A DNA stretch of 64,000 nucleotides from contig OZ024758.1 of the NCBI GenBank assembly GCA_964016885.1, positions 37,882,001 to 37,946,000 on the forward strand, written 5' to 3'. Under the pieces are notes generated by a model. It was not told the DNA's origin, ran no database searches, and was given only the letters and a program-made list of their open reading frames with translations. This document shows, one piece after another, positions 12,791-27,400 of this stretch (positions within the stretch are counted from its first letter, which is position 1; each line of letters opens with the position of its first letter). The DNA is from Eledone cirrhosa (Eukaryota). Made by a program: the position numbers and the translations under genes.

Positions 12791-15700
12791 GTATTAGCTG
12801 TCAGAAGGAACTCCACTGTTGGTGAGAATTCATTTAAGTTCATGGTATTAGCTGTCAGAAGGAACTCCAATGTTGGTGAGAATTCATTTAAGTCATGGTA
12901 CTAGCTGTCAGATGTAACTCCACTGTTGGTGAGAATTCATTTAAGTTCATGGTATTAGCTGTCAGAAGGAACGCCACTGTTGGTGAGAATTCATTTAAAT
13001 TCATGGTATTAGCTGTCAGAAGTAACTCCACTGTTGGTGAGAATTCATTTAAGTTCATGGTACTAGCTGTCAGAAGTAACTCCAATGTTGGTGAGAATTC
13101 ATTTAAGTTCATGGTATTAGCTGTCAGAAGTAACTCCACTGTTGGTGAGAATTCATTTAAGTTCATGGTATTAGCTGTCAGAAGTCACTCCAATGTTGGT
13201 GAGAATTCATTTATGTCATGGTACTAGCTGTCAGAAGTAACTCCACTGTTGGTGAGAATTCATTTAAGTTCATTGTATTAGCTGTCAGAAGGAACGCCAC
13301 TGTTGGTGAGAATTCATTTAAGTTCATGGTATTAGCTGTCAGAAGTAACTCCACTGTTGGTGAGAATTCATTTAAGTTCATGGTACTAGCTGTCAGAAGT
13401 AACTCCAATGTTGGTGAGAATTCATTTAAGTTCATGTTATTAGCTGTCAGAAGGAACTCCACTGTTGCTGAGAATTCATTTAAGTTCATGGTATTAGCTG
13501 TCAGAAGTAACTCCACTGTTGGTGAGAATTCATTTAAGTTCATGGTACTAGCTGTCAGAAGTCACTCCACTGTTGGTGAGAATACATTTAAGTTCATGGT
13601 ACTAGCTGTCAGAAGTAACCCCAATGTTGGTGAGAATTCATTTAAGTTCATGGTATTAGCTGTCAGAAGTCACTCCAATGTTGATGAGAATTCATTTAAG
13701 TTCATGGTATTAGCTGTCAGAAGTAACTCCACTGTTGGTAAGAATTCATTTAAGTTCATGGTATTAGCTGTCAGAAGTAACTCCACTGTTGGTGAGAATT
13801 CATTTAAGTTCATGGTATTAGCTGTCAGAAGGAACGCCACTGTTGGTGAGAATTCATTTAAGTTCATGGTATTAGCTGTCAGAAGTAACTCCACTGTTGG
13901 TGAGAATTCATTTAAGTTCATGGTACTAGCTGTCAGAAGTAACTCCACTGTTGGTGAGAATTCATTTAAGTTCATGGTATTAGCTGTCAGAAGTCACTCC
14001 AATGTTGGTGAGAATTCATTTAAGTTCATGGTATTAGCTGTCAGAAGTCACTCCACTGTTGGTGAGAATTCATTTAAGTTCATGGTACTAGCTGTCAGAA
14101 GTAACCCCAATGTTGGTGAGAATTCATTTAAGTTCATGGTATTAGCTGTCAGAAGTCACTCCAATGTTGGTGAGAATTCATTTAAGTTCATGGTATTAGC
14201 TGTCAGAAGTTACTCCACTGTTGGTGAGAATTCATTTAAGTTCATGGTATTAGCTGTCAGAAGTCACTCCACTGTTGGTGAGAATTCATTTAAGTTCATG
14301 GTACTAGCTGTCAGAAGTAACCCCAATGTTGGTGAGAATTCATTTAAGTTCATGGTATTAGCTGTCAGAAGGAACTCCAATGTTGGTGAGAATTCATTTA
14401 AGTCATGGTACTAGCTGTCAGATGTAACTCCACTGTTGGTGAGAATTCATTTAAGTTCATGGTATTAGCTGTCAGAAGTAACTCCACTGTTGGTGAGAAT
14501 TCATTTAAGTTCATGGTATTAGCTGTCAGAAGTAACTCCACTGTTGGTGAGAATTCATTTAAGTTCATGTTATTAGCTGTCAGAAGTAACTCCACTGTTG
14601 GTGAGAATTCATTTAAGTTCATGGTATTAGCTGTCAGAAGGAACGCCACTGTTGGTGAGAATTCATTTAAATTCATGGTATTAGCTGTCAGAAGTAACTC
14701 CACTGTTGGTGAGAATTCATTTAAGTTCATGGTACTAGCTGTCAGAAGTAACTCCAATGTTGGTGAGAATTCATTTAAGTTCATGGTATTAGCTGTCAGA
14801 AGGAATTCCACTGTTGCTGAGAATTCATTTAAGTTCATGGTATTAGCTGTCAGAAGTAACTCCACTGTTGGTGAGAATTCATTTAAGTTCATGGTACTAG
14901 CTGTCAGAAGTAACCCCACTGTTGGTGAGAATTCATTTAAGTTCATGGTACTAGCTGTCAGAAGTAACCCCAATGTTGGTGAGAATTCATTTAAGTTCAT
15001 GGTATTAGCTGTCAGAAGTCACTCCAATGTTGGTGAGAATACATTTAAGTTCATGGTACTAGCTGTCAGAAGTAACCCCAATGTTGGTGAGAATTCATTT
15101 AAGTTCATGGTATTAGCTGTCAGAAGTCACTCGAATGTTGGTGAGAATTCATTTAAGTTCATGGTATTAGCTGTCAGAAGTAACTCCACTGTTGGTGAGA
15201 ATTCATTTAAGTTCATGGTATTAGTTTGTCAGAAGTAACTCCACTGTTGGTGAGAATTCATTTAAGTCATGGTATTAGTTGTCAGAAGTAACTCCAATGT
15301 TGGTGAGAATTCATTTAAGTTCATGGTATTAGCTGTCAGAAGGAACTCCACTGTTGGTGAGAATTCATTTAAGTTCATGGTATTAGCTGTCAGAAGGAAC
15401 TCCAATGTTGGTGAGAATTCATTTAAGTCATGGTACTAGCTGTCAGATGTAACTCCACTGTTGGTGAGAATTCATTTAAGTTCATGGTATTAGCTGTCAG
15501 AAGGAACGCCACTGTTGGTGAGAATTCATTTAAATTCATGGTATTAGCTGTCAGAAGTAACTCCACTGTTGGTGAGAATTCATTTAAGTTCATGGTACTA
15601 GCTGTCAGAAGTAACTCCAATGTTGGTGAGAATTCATTTAAGTTCATGGTATTAGCTGTCAGAAGTAACTCCACTGTTGGTGAGAATTCATTTAAGTTCA

Positions 15701-16905
15701 TGGTATTAGCTGTCAGAAGTCACTCCAATGTTGGTGAGAATTCATTTATGTCATGGTACTAGCTGTCAGAAGTAACTCCACTGTTGGTGAGAATTCATTT
15801 AAGTTCATTGTATTAGCTGTCAGAAGGAACGCCACTGTTGGTGAGAATTCATTTAAGTTCATGGTATTAGCTGTCAGAAGTAACTCCACTGTTGGTGAGA
15901 ATTCATTTAAGTTCATGGTACTAGCTGTCAGAAGTAACTCCAATGTTGGTGAGAATTCATTTAAGTTCATGTTATTAGCTGTCAGAAGGAACTCCACTGT
16001 TGCTGAGAATTCATTTAAGTTCATGGTATTAGCTGTCAGAAGTAACTCCACTGTTGGTGAGAATTCATTTAAGTTCATGGTACTAGCTGTCAGAAGTCAC
16101 TCCACTGTTGGTGAGAATACATTTAAGTTCATGGTACTAGCTGTCAGAAGTAACCCCAATGTTGGTGAGAATTCATTTAAGTTCATGGTATTAGCTGTCA
16201 GAAGTCACTCCAATGTTGATGAGAATTCATTTAAGTTCATGGTATTAGCTGTCAGAAGTAACTCCACTGTTGGTAAGAATTCATTTAAGTTCATGGTATT
16301 AGCTGTCAGAAGTAACTCCACTGTTGGTGAGAATTCATTTAAGTTCATGGTATTAGCTGTCAGAAGGAACGCCACTGTTGGTGAGAATTCATTTAAGTTC
16401 ATGGTATTAGCTGTCAGAAGTAACTCCACTGTTGGTGAGAATTCATTTAAGTTCATGGTACTAGCTGTCAGAAGTAACTCCACTGTTGGTGAGAATTCAT
16501 TTAAGTTCATGGTATTAGCTGTCAGAAGTCACTCCAATGTTGGTGAGAATTCATTTAAGTTCATGGTATTAGCTGTCAGAAGTCACTCCACTGTTGGTGA
16601 GAATTCATTTAAGTTCATGGTACTAGCTGTCAGAAGTAACCCCAATGTTGGTGAGAATTCATTTAAGTTCATGGTATTAGCTGTCAGAAGTCACTCCAAT
16701 GTTGGTGAGAATTCATTTAAGTTCATGGTATTAGCTGTCAGAAGTTACTCCACTGTTGGTGAGAATTCATTTAAGTTCATGGTATTAGCTGTCAGAAGTC
16801 ACTCCACTGTTGGTGAGAATTCATTTAAGTTCATGGTACTAGCTGTCAGAAGTAACCCCAATGTTGGTGAGAATTCATTTAAGTTCATGGTATTAGCTGT
16901 CAGAA
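11890..16905. repeat. Near-tandem duplication of a 47-monomer unit (2535 bp); a partial third copy extends to about 19200
   Basis: Offsets 12703->15238, 12895->15430 and 13218->15753 are all 2535. The copies share TTTATGTCATG, GTTGATGAG and AGTTACTCC; the first two recur at about 18231 and 18701. Confidence 0.9.
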
Positions 16906-19900
16906 GTCACTCCAATGTTGGTGAGAATTAATTTAAGTTCATGGTATTAGCTGTCAGAAGTAACTCCACTGTTGGTGAGAATTCATTTAAGTTCATGGTA
17001 TTAGCTGTCAGAAGTAACTCCACTGTTGGTGAGAATTCATTTAAGTTCATGGTATTAGCTGTCAGAAGTAACTCCACTGTTGGTGAGAATTCATTTAAGT
17101 TCATGGTATTAGCTGTCAGAAGTAACTCCACTGTTGGTGAGAATTCATTTAAGTTCATGGTATTAGCTGTCAGAAGGAACGCCACTGTTGGTGAGAATTC
17201 ATTTAAATTCATGGTATTAGCTGTCAGAGGTAACTCCACTGTTGGTGAGAATTCATTTAAGTTCATGGTACTAGCTGTGAGAAGTAACTCCAATGTTGGT
17301 GAGAATTCATTTAAGTTCATGGTATTAGCTGTCAGAAGGAATTCCACTGTTGCTGAGAATTCATTTAAGTTCATGGTATTAGCTGTCAGAAGTAACTCCA
17401 CTGTTGGTGAGAATTCATTTAAGTTCATGGTACTAGCTGTCAGAAGTAACTCCACTGTTGGTGAGAATTCATTTAAGTTCATGGTATTAGCTGTCAGAAG
17501 TCACTCCAATGTTGGTGAGAATTCATTTAAGTTCATGGTATTAGCTGTCAGAAGTCACTCCACTGTTGGTGAGAATTCATTTAAGTTCATGGTACTAGCT
17601 GTCAGAAGTAACCCCAATGTTGGTGAGAATTCATTTAAGTTCATGGTATTAGCTGTCAGAAGTCACTCCAATGTTGGTGAGAATTCATTTAAGTTCATGG
17701 TATTAGCTGTCAGAAGTAACACCACTGTTGGTGAGAATTCATTTAAGTTCATGGTATTAGTTTGTCAGAAGTAACTCCACTGTTGGTGAGAATTCATTTA
17801 AGTCATGGTATTAGTTGTCAGAAGTAACTCCAATGTTGGTGAGAATTCATTTAAGTTCATGGTATTAGCTGTCAGAAGGAACTCCACTGTTGGTGAGAAT
17901 TCATTTAAGTTCATGGTATTAGCTGTCAGAAGGAACTCCAATGTTGGTGAGAATTCATTTAAGTCATGGTACTAGCTGTCAGATGTAACTCCACTGTTGG
18001 TGAGAATTCATTTAAGTTCATGGTATTAGCTGTCAGAAGGAACGCCACTGTTGGTGAGAATTCATTTAAATTCATGGTACTAGCTGTCAGAAGTAACTCC
18101 AATGTTGGTGAGAATTCATTTAAGTTCATGGTATTAGCTGTCAGAAGTAACTCCACTGTTGGTGAGAATTCATTTAAGTTCATGGTATTAGCTGTCAGAA
18201 GTCACTCCAATGTTGGTGAGAATTCATTTATGTCATGGTACTAGCTGTCAGAAGTAACTCCACTGTTGGTGAGAATTCATTTAAGTTCATTGTATTAGCT
18301 GTCAGAAGGAACGCCACTGTTGGTGAGAATTCATTTAAGTTCATGGTATTAGCTGTCAGAAGTAACTCCACTGTTGGTGAGAATTCATTTAAGTTCATGG
18401 TACTAGCTGTCAGAAATAACTCCAATGTTGGTGAGAATTCATTTAAGTTCATGGTATTAGCTGTCAGAAGGAACTCCACTGTTGCTGAGAATTCATTTAA
18501 GTTCATGGTATTAGCTGTCAGAAGTAACTCCACTGTTGGTGAGAATTCATTTAAGTTCATGGTACTAGCTGTCAGAAGTCACTCCACTGTTGGTGAGAAT
18601 ACATTTAAGTTCATGGTACTAGCTGTCAGAAGTAACCCCAATGTTGGTGAGAATTCATTTAAGTTCATGGTATTAGCTGTCAGAAGTCACTCCAATGTTG
18701 ATGAGAATTCATTTAAGTTCATGGTATTAGCTGTCAGAAGTAACTCCACTGTTGGTAAGAATTCATTTAAGTTCATGGTATTAGCTGTCAGAAGTAACTC
18801 CACTGTTGGTGAGAATTCATTTAAGTTCATGGTATTAGCTGTCAGAAGGAACGCCACTGTTGGTGAGAATTCATTTAAGTTCATGGTATTAGCTGTCAGA
18901 AGTAACTCCACTGTTGGTGAGAATTCATTTAAGTTCATGGTACTAGCTGTCAGAAGTAACTCCACTGTTGGTGAGAATTCATTTAAGTTCATGGTATTAG
19001 CTGTCAGAAGTCACTCCAATGTTGGTGAGAATTCATTTAAGTTCATGGTATTAGCTGTCAGAAGTCACTCCACTGTTGGTGAGAATTCATTTAAGTTCAT
19101 GGTACTAGCTGTCAGAAGTAACCCCAATGTTGGTGAGAATTCATTTAAGTTCATGGTATTAGCTGTCAGAAGTCACTCCAATGTTGGTGAGAATTCATTT
19201 AAGTTCATGGTATTAGCTGTCAGAAGTAACTCCACTGTTGGTGAGAATTCATTTAAGTTCATGGTATTAGCTGTCAGAAGTAACTCCACTGTTGGTGAGA
19301 ATTCATTTAAGTCATGGGATTAGCTGTCAGAAGTAACTCCAATGTTGGTGAGAATTCATTTAAGTTCATGGTATTAGCTGTCAGAAGTCACTCCACTGTT
19401 GGTGAGAATTCATTTAAGTTCATGGTACTAGCTGTCAGAAGTAACCCCAATGTTGGTGAGAATTCATTTAAGTTCATGGTATTAGCTGTCAGAAGTCACT
19501 CCAATGTTGGTGAGAATTAATTTAAGTTCATGGTATTAGCTGTCAGAAGTAACTCCACTGTTGGTGAGAATTCATTTAAGTTCATGGTATTAGCTCTCAG
19601 AAGTAACTCCACTGTTGGTGAGAATTCATTTAAGTTCATGGTATTAGCTGTCAGAAGTAACTCCACTGTTGGTGAGAATTCATTTAAGTTCATGGTATTA
19701 GCTGTCAGAAGTAACTCCACTGTTGGTGAGAATTCATTTAAGTTCATGGTATTAGCTGTCAGAAGGAACGCCACTGTTGGTGAGAATTCATTTAAATTCA
19801 TGGTATTAGCTGTCAGAGGTAACTCCACTGTTGGTGAGAATTCATTTAAGTTCATGGTACTAGCTGTGAGAAGTAACTCCAATGTTGGTGAGAATTCATT

Positions 19901-21499
19901 TAAGTTCATGGTATTAGCTGTCAGAAGGAATTCCACTGTTGCTGAGAATTCATTTAAGTTCATGGTATTAGCTGTCAGAAGTAACTCCACTGTTGGTGAG
20001 AATTCATTTAAGTTCATGGTACTAGCTGTCAGAAGTAACTCCACTGTTGGTGAGAATTCATTTAAGTTCATGGTATTAGCTGTCAGAAGTCACTCCAATG
20101 TTGGTGAGAATTCATTTAAGTTCATGGTATTAGCTGTCAGAAGTCACTCCACTGTTGGTGAGAATTCATTTAAGTTCATGGTACTAGCTGTCAGAAGTAA
20201 CCCCAATGTTGGTGAGAATTCATTTAAGTTCATGGTATTAGCTGTCAGAAGTCACTCCAATGTTGGTGAGAATTCATTTAAGTTCATGGTATTAGCTGTC
20301 AGAAGTAACACCACTGTTGGTGAGAATTCATTTAAGTTCATGGTATTAGTTTGTCAGAAGTAACTCCACTGTTGGTGAGAATTCATTTAAGTCATGGTAT
20401 TAGTTGTCAGAAGTAACTCCAATGTTGGTGAGAATTCATTTAAGTTCATGGTATTAGCTGTCAGAAGCAACTCCACTGTTGGTGAGAATTCATTTAAGTT
20501 CATGGTATTAGCTGTCAGAAGGAACTCCAATGTTGGTGAGAATTCATTTAAGTCATGGTACTAGCTGTCAGATGTAACTCCACTGTTGGTGAGAATTCAT
20601 TTAAGTTCATGGTATTAGCTGTCAGAAGGAACGCCACTGTTGGTGAGAATTCATTTAAGTTCATGGTATTAGCTGTCAGAAGTAACTCCACTGTTGCTGA
20701 TAATTCATTTAAGTTCATGGTACTAGCTGTCAGAAGTAACTCCAATGTTGGTGAGAATTCATTTAAGTTCATGATATTAGCTGTCAGAAGGAACTCCACT
20801 GTTGGTGAGAATTCATTTAAGTTCATGGTATTAGCTGTCAGAAGTAACTCCACTGTTGGTGAGAATTCATTTAAGTCATGGTATTAGCTGTCAGAAGTAA
20901 CTCCATTGTTGGTGAGAATTCATTTAAGTCATGGTACTAGCTGTCAGAAGTAACTCCAATGTTGGTGAGAATTCATTTAAGTTCATGGTATTAGCTGTCA
21001 GAAGTCACTCCAATGTTGGTGAGAATTCATTTAAGTTCATGGTATTAGCTGTCAGAAGTCACTCCACTGTTGGTGAGAATTCATTTAAGTTCATGGTACT
21101 AGCTGTCAGAAGTAACCCCAATGTTGGTGAGAATTCATTTAAGTTCATGGTATTAGCTGTCAGAAGTCACTCCAATGTTGGTGAGAATTCATTTAGGTTC
21201 ATGGTATTAGCTGTCAGAAGTAACTCCACTGTTGGTGAGAATTCATTTAAGTTCATGGTATTAGCTGTCAGAAGTAACTCCACTGTTGGTGAGAATTCAT
21301 TTAAGTTCATGGTACTAGCTGTCAGAAGTAACTCCACTGTTGGTGAGAATTCATTTAAGTTCATGGTATTAGCTGTCAGAAGTCACTCCAATGTTGGTGA
21401 GAATTCATTTAAGTTCATGGTATTAGCTGTCAGAAGTCACTCCACTGTTGGTGAGAATTCATTTAAGTTCATGGTACTAGCTGTCAGAAGTAACCCCAA

Positions 21500-24400
21500 T
21501 GTTGGTGAGAATTCATTTAAGTTCATGGTATTAGCTGTCAGAAGTCACTCCAATGTTGGTGAGAATTCATTTAAGTTCATGGTATTAGCTGTCAGAAGTA
21601 ACTCCACTGTTGGTGAGAATTCATTTAAGTTCATGGTATTAGCTGTCAGAAGTAACTCCACTGTTGGTGAGAATTCATTTAAGTCATGGTATTAGCTGTC
21701 AGAAGTAACTCCAATGTTGGTGAGAATTCATTTAAGTTCATGGTATTAGCTGTCAGAAGTCACTCCACTGTTGGTGAGAATTCATTTAAGTTCATGGTAC
21801 TAGCTGTCAGAAGTAACCCCAATGTTGGTGAGAATTCATTTAAGTTCATGGTATTAGCTGTCAGAAGTCACTCCAATGTTGGTGAGAATTAATTTAAGTT
21901 CATGGTATTAGCTGTCAGAAGTAACTCCACTGTTGGTGAGAATTCATTTAAGTTCATGGTATTAGCTGTCAGAAGTAACTCCACTGTTGGTGAGAATTCA
22001 TTTAAGTTCATGGTATTAGCTGTCAGAAGTAACTCCACTGTTGGTGAGAATTCATTTAAGTTCATGGTATTAGCTGTCAGAAGTAACTCCACTGTTGGTG
22101 AGAATTCATTTAAGTTCATGGTATTAGCTGTCAGAAGGAACGCCACTGTTGGTGAGAATTCATTTAAATTCATGGTATTAGCTGTCAGAGGTAACTCCAC
22201 TGTTGGTGAGAATTCATTTAAGTTCATGGTACTAGCTGTGAGAAGTAACTCCAATGTTGGTGAGAATTCATTTAAGTTCATGGTATTAGCTGTCAGAAGG
22301 AATTCCACTGTTGCTGAGAATTCATTTAAGTTCATGGTATTAGCTGTCAGAAGTAACTCCACTGTTGGTGAGAATTCATTTAAGTTCATGGTACTAGCTG
22401 TCAGAAGTAACTCCACTGTTGGTGAGAATTCATTTAAGTTCATGGTATTAGCTGTCAGAAGTCACTCCAATGTTGGTGAGAATTCATTTAAGTTCATGGT
22501 ATTAGCTGTCAGAAGTCACTCCACTGTTGGTGAGAATTCATTTAAGTTCATGGTACTAGCTGTCAGAAGTAACCCCAATGTTGGTGAGAATTCATTTAAG
22601 TTCATGGTATTAGCTGTCAGAAGTCACTCCAATGTTGGTGAGAATTCATTTAAGTTCATGGTATTAGCTGTCAGAAGTAACACCACTGTTGGTGAGAATT
22701 CATTTAAGTTCATGGTATTAGTTTGTCAGAAGTAACTCCACTGTTGGTGAGAATTCATTTAAGTCATGGTATTAGTTGTCAGAAGTAACTCCAATGTTGG
22801 TGAGAATTCATTTAAGTTCATGGTATTAGCTGTCAGAAGGAACTCCACTGTTGGTGAGAATTCATTTAAGTTCATGGTATTAGCTGTCAGAAGGAACTCC
22901 AATGTTGGTGAGAATTCATTTAAGTCATGGTACTAGCTGTCAGATGTAACTCCACTGTTGGTGAGAATTCATTTAAGTTCATGGTATTAGCTGTCAGAAG
23001 GAACGCCACTGTTGGTGAGAATTCATTTAAGTTCATGGTATTAGCTGTCAGAAGTAACTCCACTGTTGGTGAGAATTCATTTAAGTTCATGGTACTAGCT
23101 GTCAGAAGTAACTCCAATGTTGGTGAGAATTCATTTAAGTTCATGATATTAGCTGTCAGAAGGAACTCCACTGTTGGTGAGAATTCATTTAAGTTCATGG
23201 TATTAGCTGTCAGAAGTAACTCCACTGTTGGTGAGAATTCATTTAAGTCATGGTATTAGCTGTCAGAAGTAACTCCATTGTTGGTGAGAATTCATTTAAG
23301 TCATGGTACTAGCTGTCAGAAGTAACTCCAATGTTGGTGAGAATTCATTTAAGTTCATGGTATTAGCTGTCAGAAGTCACTCCAATGTTGGTGAGAATTC
23401 ATTTAAGTTCATGGTATTAGCTGTCAGAAGTCACTCCACTGTTGGTGAGAATTCATTTAAGTTCATGGTACTAGCTGTCAGAAGTAACCCCAATGTTGGT
23501 GAGAATTCATTTAAGTTCATGGTATTAGCTGTCAGAAGTCACTCCAATGTTGGTGAGAATTCATTTAAGTTCATGGTATTAGCTGTCAGAAGTAACTCCA
23601 CTGTTGGTGAGAATTCATTTAAGTTCATGGTATTAGCTGTCAGAAGTAACTCCACTGTTGGTGAGTATTCATTTAAGTTCATGGTATTAGCTGTCAGAAG
23701 TAACTCCACTGTTGGTGAGAATTCATTTAAGTCATGGTATTAGCTGTCAGAAGTAACTCCAATGTTGGTGAGAATTCATTTAAGTTCATGGTATTAGCTG
23801 TCAGAAGTCACTCCTCTGTTGGTGAGAATTCATTTAAGTTCATGGTACTAGCTGTCAGAAGTAACCCCAATGTTGGTGAGAATTCATTTAAGTTCATGGT
23901 ATTAGCTGTCAGAAGTCACTCCAATGTTGGTGAGAATTCATTTAAGTTCATGGTATTAGCTGTCAGAAGTAACTCCACTGTTGGTGAGAATTCATTTAAG
24001 TTCATGGTATTAGCTGTCAGAAGTAACTCCACTGTTGGTGAGAATTCATTTAAGTTCATGGTATTAGCTGTCAGAAGGAACTCCAATGTTGGGGAGAATT
24101 CATTTAAGTCATGGTACTAGCTGTCAGAAGTAACTCCACTGTTGGTGAGAATTCATTTAAGTTCATGGTATTAGCTGTCAGAAGGAACGCCACTGTTGGT
24201 GAGAATTCATTTAAATTCATGGTATTAGCTGTCAGAAGTAACTCCACTGTTGGTGAGAATTCATTTAAGTCCATGGTACTAGCTGTCAGAAGTAACTCCA
24301 ATGTTGGTGAGAATTCATTTAAGTTCATGGTATTAGCTGTCAGAAGTAACTCCACTGTTGGTGAGAATTCATTTAAGTTCATGGTATTAGCTGTCAGAAG

Positions 24401-27400
24401 TCACTCCAATGTTGGTGAGAATTCATTTAAGTCATGGTACTAGCTGTCAGAAGTAACTCCACTGTTGGTGAGAATTCATTTAAGTTCATTGTATTAGCTG
24501 TCAGAAGGAACGCCACTGTTGGTGAGAATTCATTTAAGTTCATGGTATTAGCTGTCAGAAGTAACTCCACTGTTGGTGAGAATTCATTTAAGTTCATGGT
24601 ACTAGCTGTCAGAAGTAACTCCAATGTTGGTGAGAATTCATTTAAGTTCATGGTATTAGCTGTCAGGAGGAACTCCACTGTTGCTGAGAATTCATTTAAG
24701 TTCATGGTATTAGCTGTCAGAAGTAACTCCACTGTTGGTGAGAATTCATTTAAGTTCATGGTACTAGCTGTCAGAAGTCACTCCACTGTTGGTGAGAATA
24801 CATTTAAGTTCATGGTACTAGCTGTCAGAAGTAACCCCAATGTTGGTGAGAATTCATTTAAGTTCATGGTATTAGCTGTCAGAAGTCACTCCAATGTTGG
24901 TGAGAATTCATTTAAGTTCATGGTATTAGCTGTCAGAAGTAACTCCACTGTTGGTAAGAATTCATTTAAGTTCATGGTATTAGCTGTCAGAAGTAACTCC
25001 ACTGTTGGTGAGAATTCATTTAAGTTCATGGTATTAGCTGTCAGAAGGAACGCCACTGTTGGTGAGAATTCATTTAAGTTCATGGTATTAGCTGTCAGAA
25101 GTAACTCCACTGTTGGTGAGAATTCATTTAAGTTCATGGTACTAGCTGTCAGAAGTAACTCCACTGTTGGTGAGAATTCATTTAAGTTCATGGTATTAGC
25201 TGTCAGAAGTCACTCCAATGTTGGTGAGAATTCATTTAAGTTCATGGTATTAGCTGTCAGAAGTCACTCCACTGTTGGTGAGAATTCATTTAAGTTCATG
25301 GTACTAGCTGTCAGAAGTAACCCCAATGTTGGTGAGAATTCATTTAAGTTCATGGTATTAGCTGTCAGAAGTCACTCCAATGTTGGTGAGAATTCATTTA
25401 AGTTCATGGTATTAGCTGTCAGAAGGAACGCCACTGTTGGTGAGAATTCATTTAAGTTCATGGTATTAGCTGTCAGAAGTCACTCCAATGTTGGTGAGAA
25501 TTCATTTAAGTTCATGGTATTAGCTGTCAGAAGTAACTCCACTGTTGGTGAGAATTCATTTAAGTTCATGGTATTAGCTGTCAGAAGTAACTCCACTGTT
25601 GGTGAGAATTCATTTAAGTCATGGTATTAGCTGTCAGAAGTAACTCCAATGTTGGTGAGAATTCATTTAAGTTCATGGTATTAGCTGTCAGAAGTCACTC
25701 CACTGTTGGTGAGAATTCATTTAAGTTCATGGTACTAGCTGTCAGAAGTAACCCCAATGTTGGTGAGAATTCATTTAAGTTCATGGTATTAGCTGTCAGA
25801 AGTCACTCCAATGTTGGTGAGAATTAATTTAAGTTCATGGTATTAGCTGTCAGAAGTAACTCCACTGTTGGTGAGAATTCATTTAAGTTCATGGTATTAG
25901 CTGTCAGAAGTAACTCCACTGTTGGTGAGAATTCATTTAAGTTCATGGTATTAGCTGTCAGAAGTAACTCCACTGTTGGTGAGAATTCATTTAAGTTCAT
26001 GGTATTAGCTGTCAGAAGTAACTCCACTGTTGGTGAGAATTCATTTAAGTTCATGGTATTAGCTGTCAGAAGGAACGCCACTGTTGGTGAGAATTCATTT
26101 AAATTCATGGTATTAGCTGTCAGAGGTAACTCCACTGTTGGTGAGAATTCATTTAAGTTCATGGTACTAGCTGTGAGAAGTAACTCCAATGTTGGTGAGA
26201 ATTCATTTAAGTTCATGGTATTAGCTGTCAGAAGGAATTCCACTGTTGCTGAGAATTCATTTAAGTTCATGGTATTAGCTGTCAGAAGTAACTCCACTGT
26301 TGGTGAGAATTCATTTAAGTTCATGGTACTAGCTGTCAGAAGTAACTCCACTGTTGGTGAGAATTCATTTAAGTTCATGGTATTAGCTGTCAGAAGTCAC
26401 TCCAATGTTGGTGAGAATTCATTTAAGTTCATGGTATTAGCTGTCAGAAGTCACTCCACTGTTGGTGAGAATTCATTTAAGTTCATGGTACTAGCTGTCA
26501 GAAGTAACCCCAATGTTGGTGAGAATTCATTTAAGTTCATGGTATTAGCTGTCAGAAGTCACTCCAATGTTGGTGAGAATTCATTTAAGTTCATGGTATT
26601 AGCTGTCAGAAGTAACACCACTGTTGGTGAGAATTCATTTAAGTTCATGGTATTAGTTTGTCAGAAGTAACTCCACTGTTGGTGAGAATTCATTTAAGTC
26701 ATGGTATTAGTTGTCAGAAGTAACTCCAATGTTGGTGAGAATTCATTTAAGTTCATGGTATTAGCTGTCAGAAGGAACTCCACTGTTGGTGAGAATTCAT
26801 TTAAGTTCATGGTATTAGCTGTCAGAAGGAACTCCAATGTTGGTGAGAATTCATTTAAGTCATGGTACTAGCTGTCAGATGTAACTCCACTGTTGGTGAG
26901 AATTCATTTAAGTTCATGGTATTAGCTGTCAGAAGGAACGCCACTGTTGGTGAGAATTCATTTAAGTTCATGGTATTAGCTGTCAGAAGTAACTCCACTG
27001 TTGGTGAGAATTCATTTAAGTTCATGGTACTAGCTGTCAGAAGTAACTCCAATGTTGGTGAGAATTCATTTAAGTTCATGATATTAGCTGTCAGAAGGAA
27101 CTCCACTGTTGGTGAGAATTCATTTAAGTTCATGGTATTAGCTGTCAGAAGTAACTCCACTGTTGGTGAGAATTCATTTAAGTCATGGTATTAGCTGTCA
27201 GAAGTAACTCCATTGTTGGTGAGAATTCATTTAAGTCATGGTACTAGCTGTCAGAAGTAACTCCAATGTTGGTGAGAATTCATTTAAGTTCATGGTATTA
27301 GCTGTCAGAAGTCACTCCAATGTTGGTGAGAATTCATTTAAGTTCATGGTATTAGCTGTCAGAAGTCACTCCACTGTTGGTGAGAATTCATTTAAGTTCA

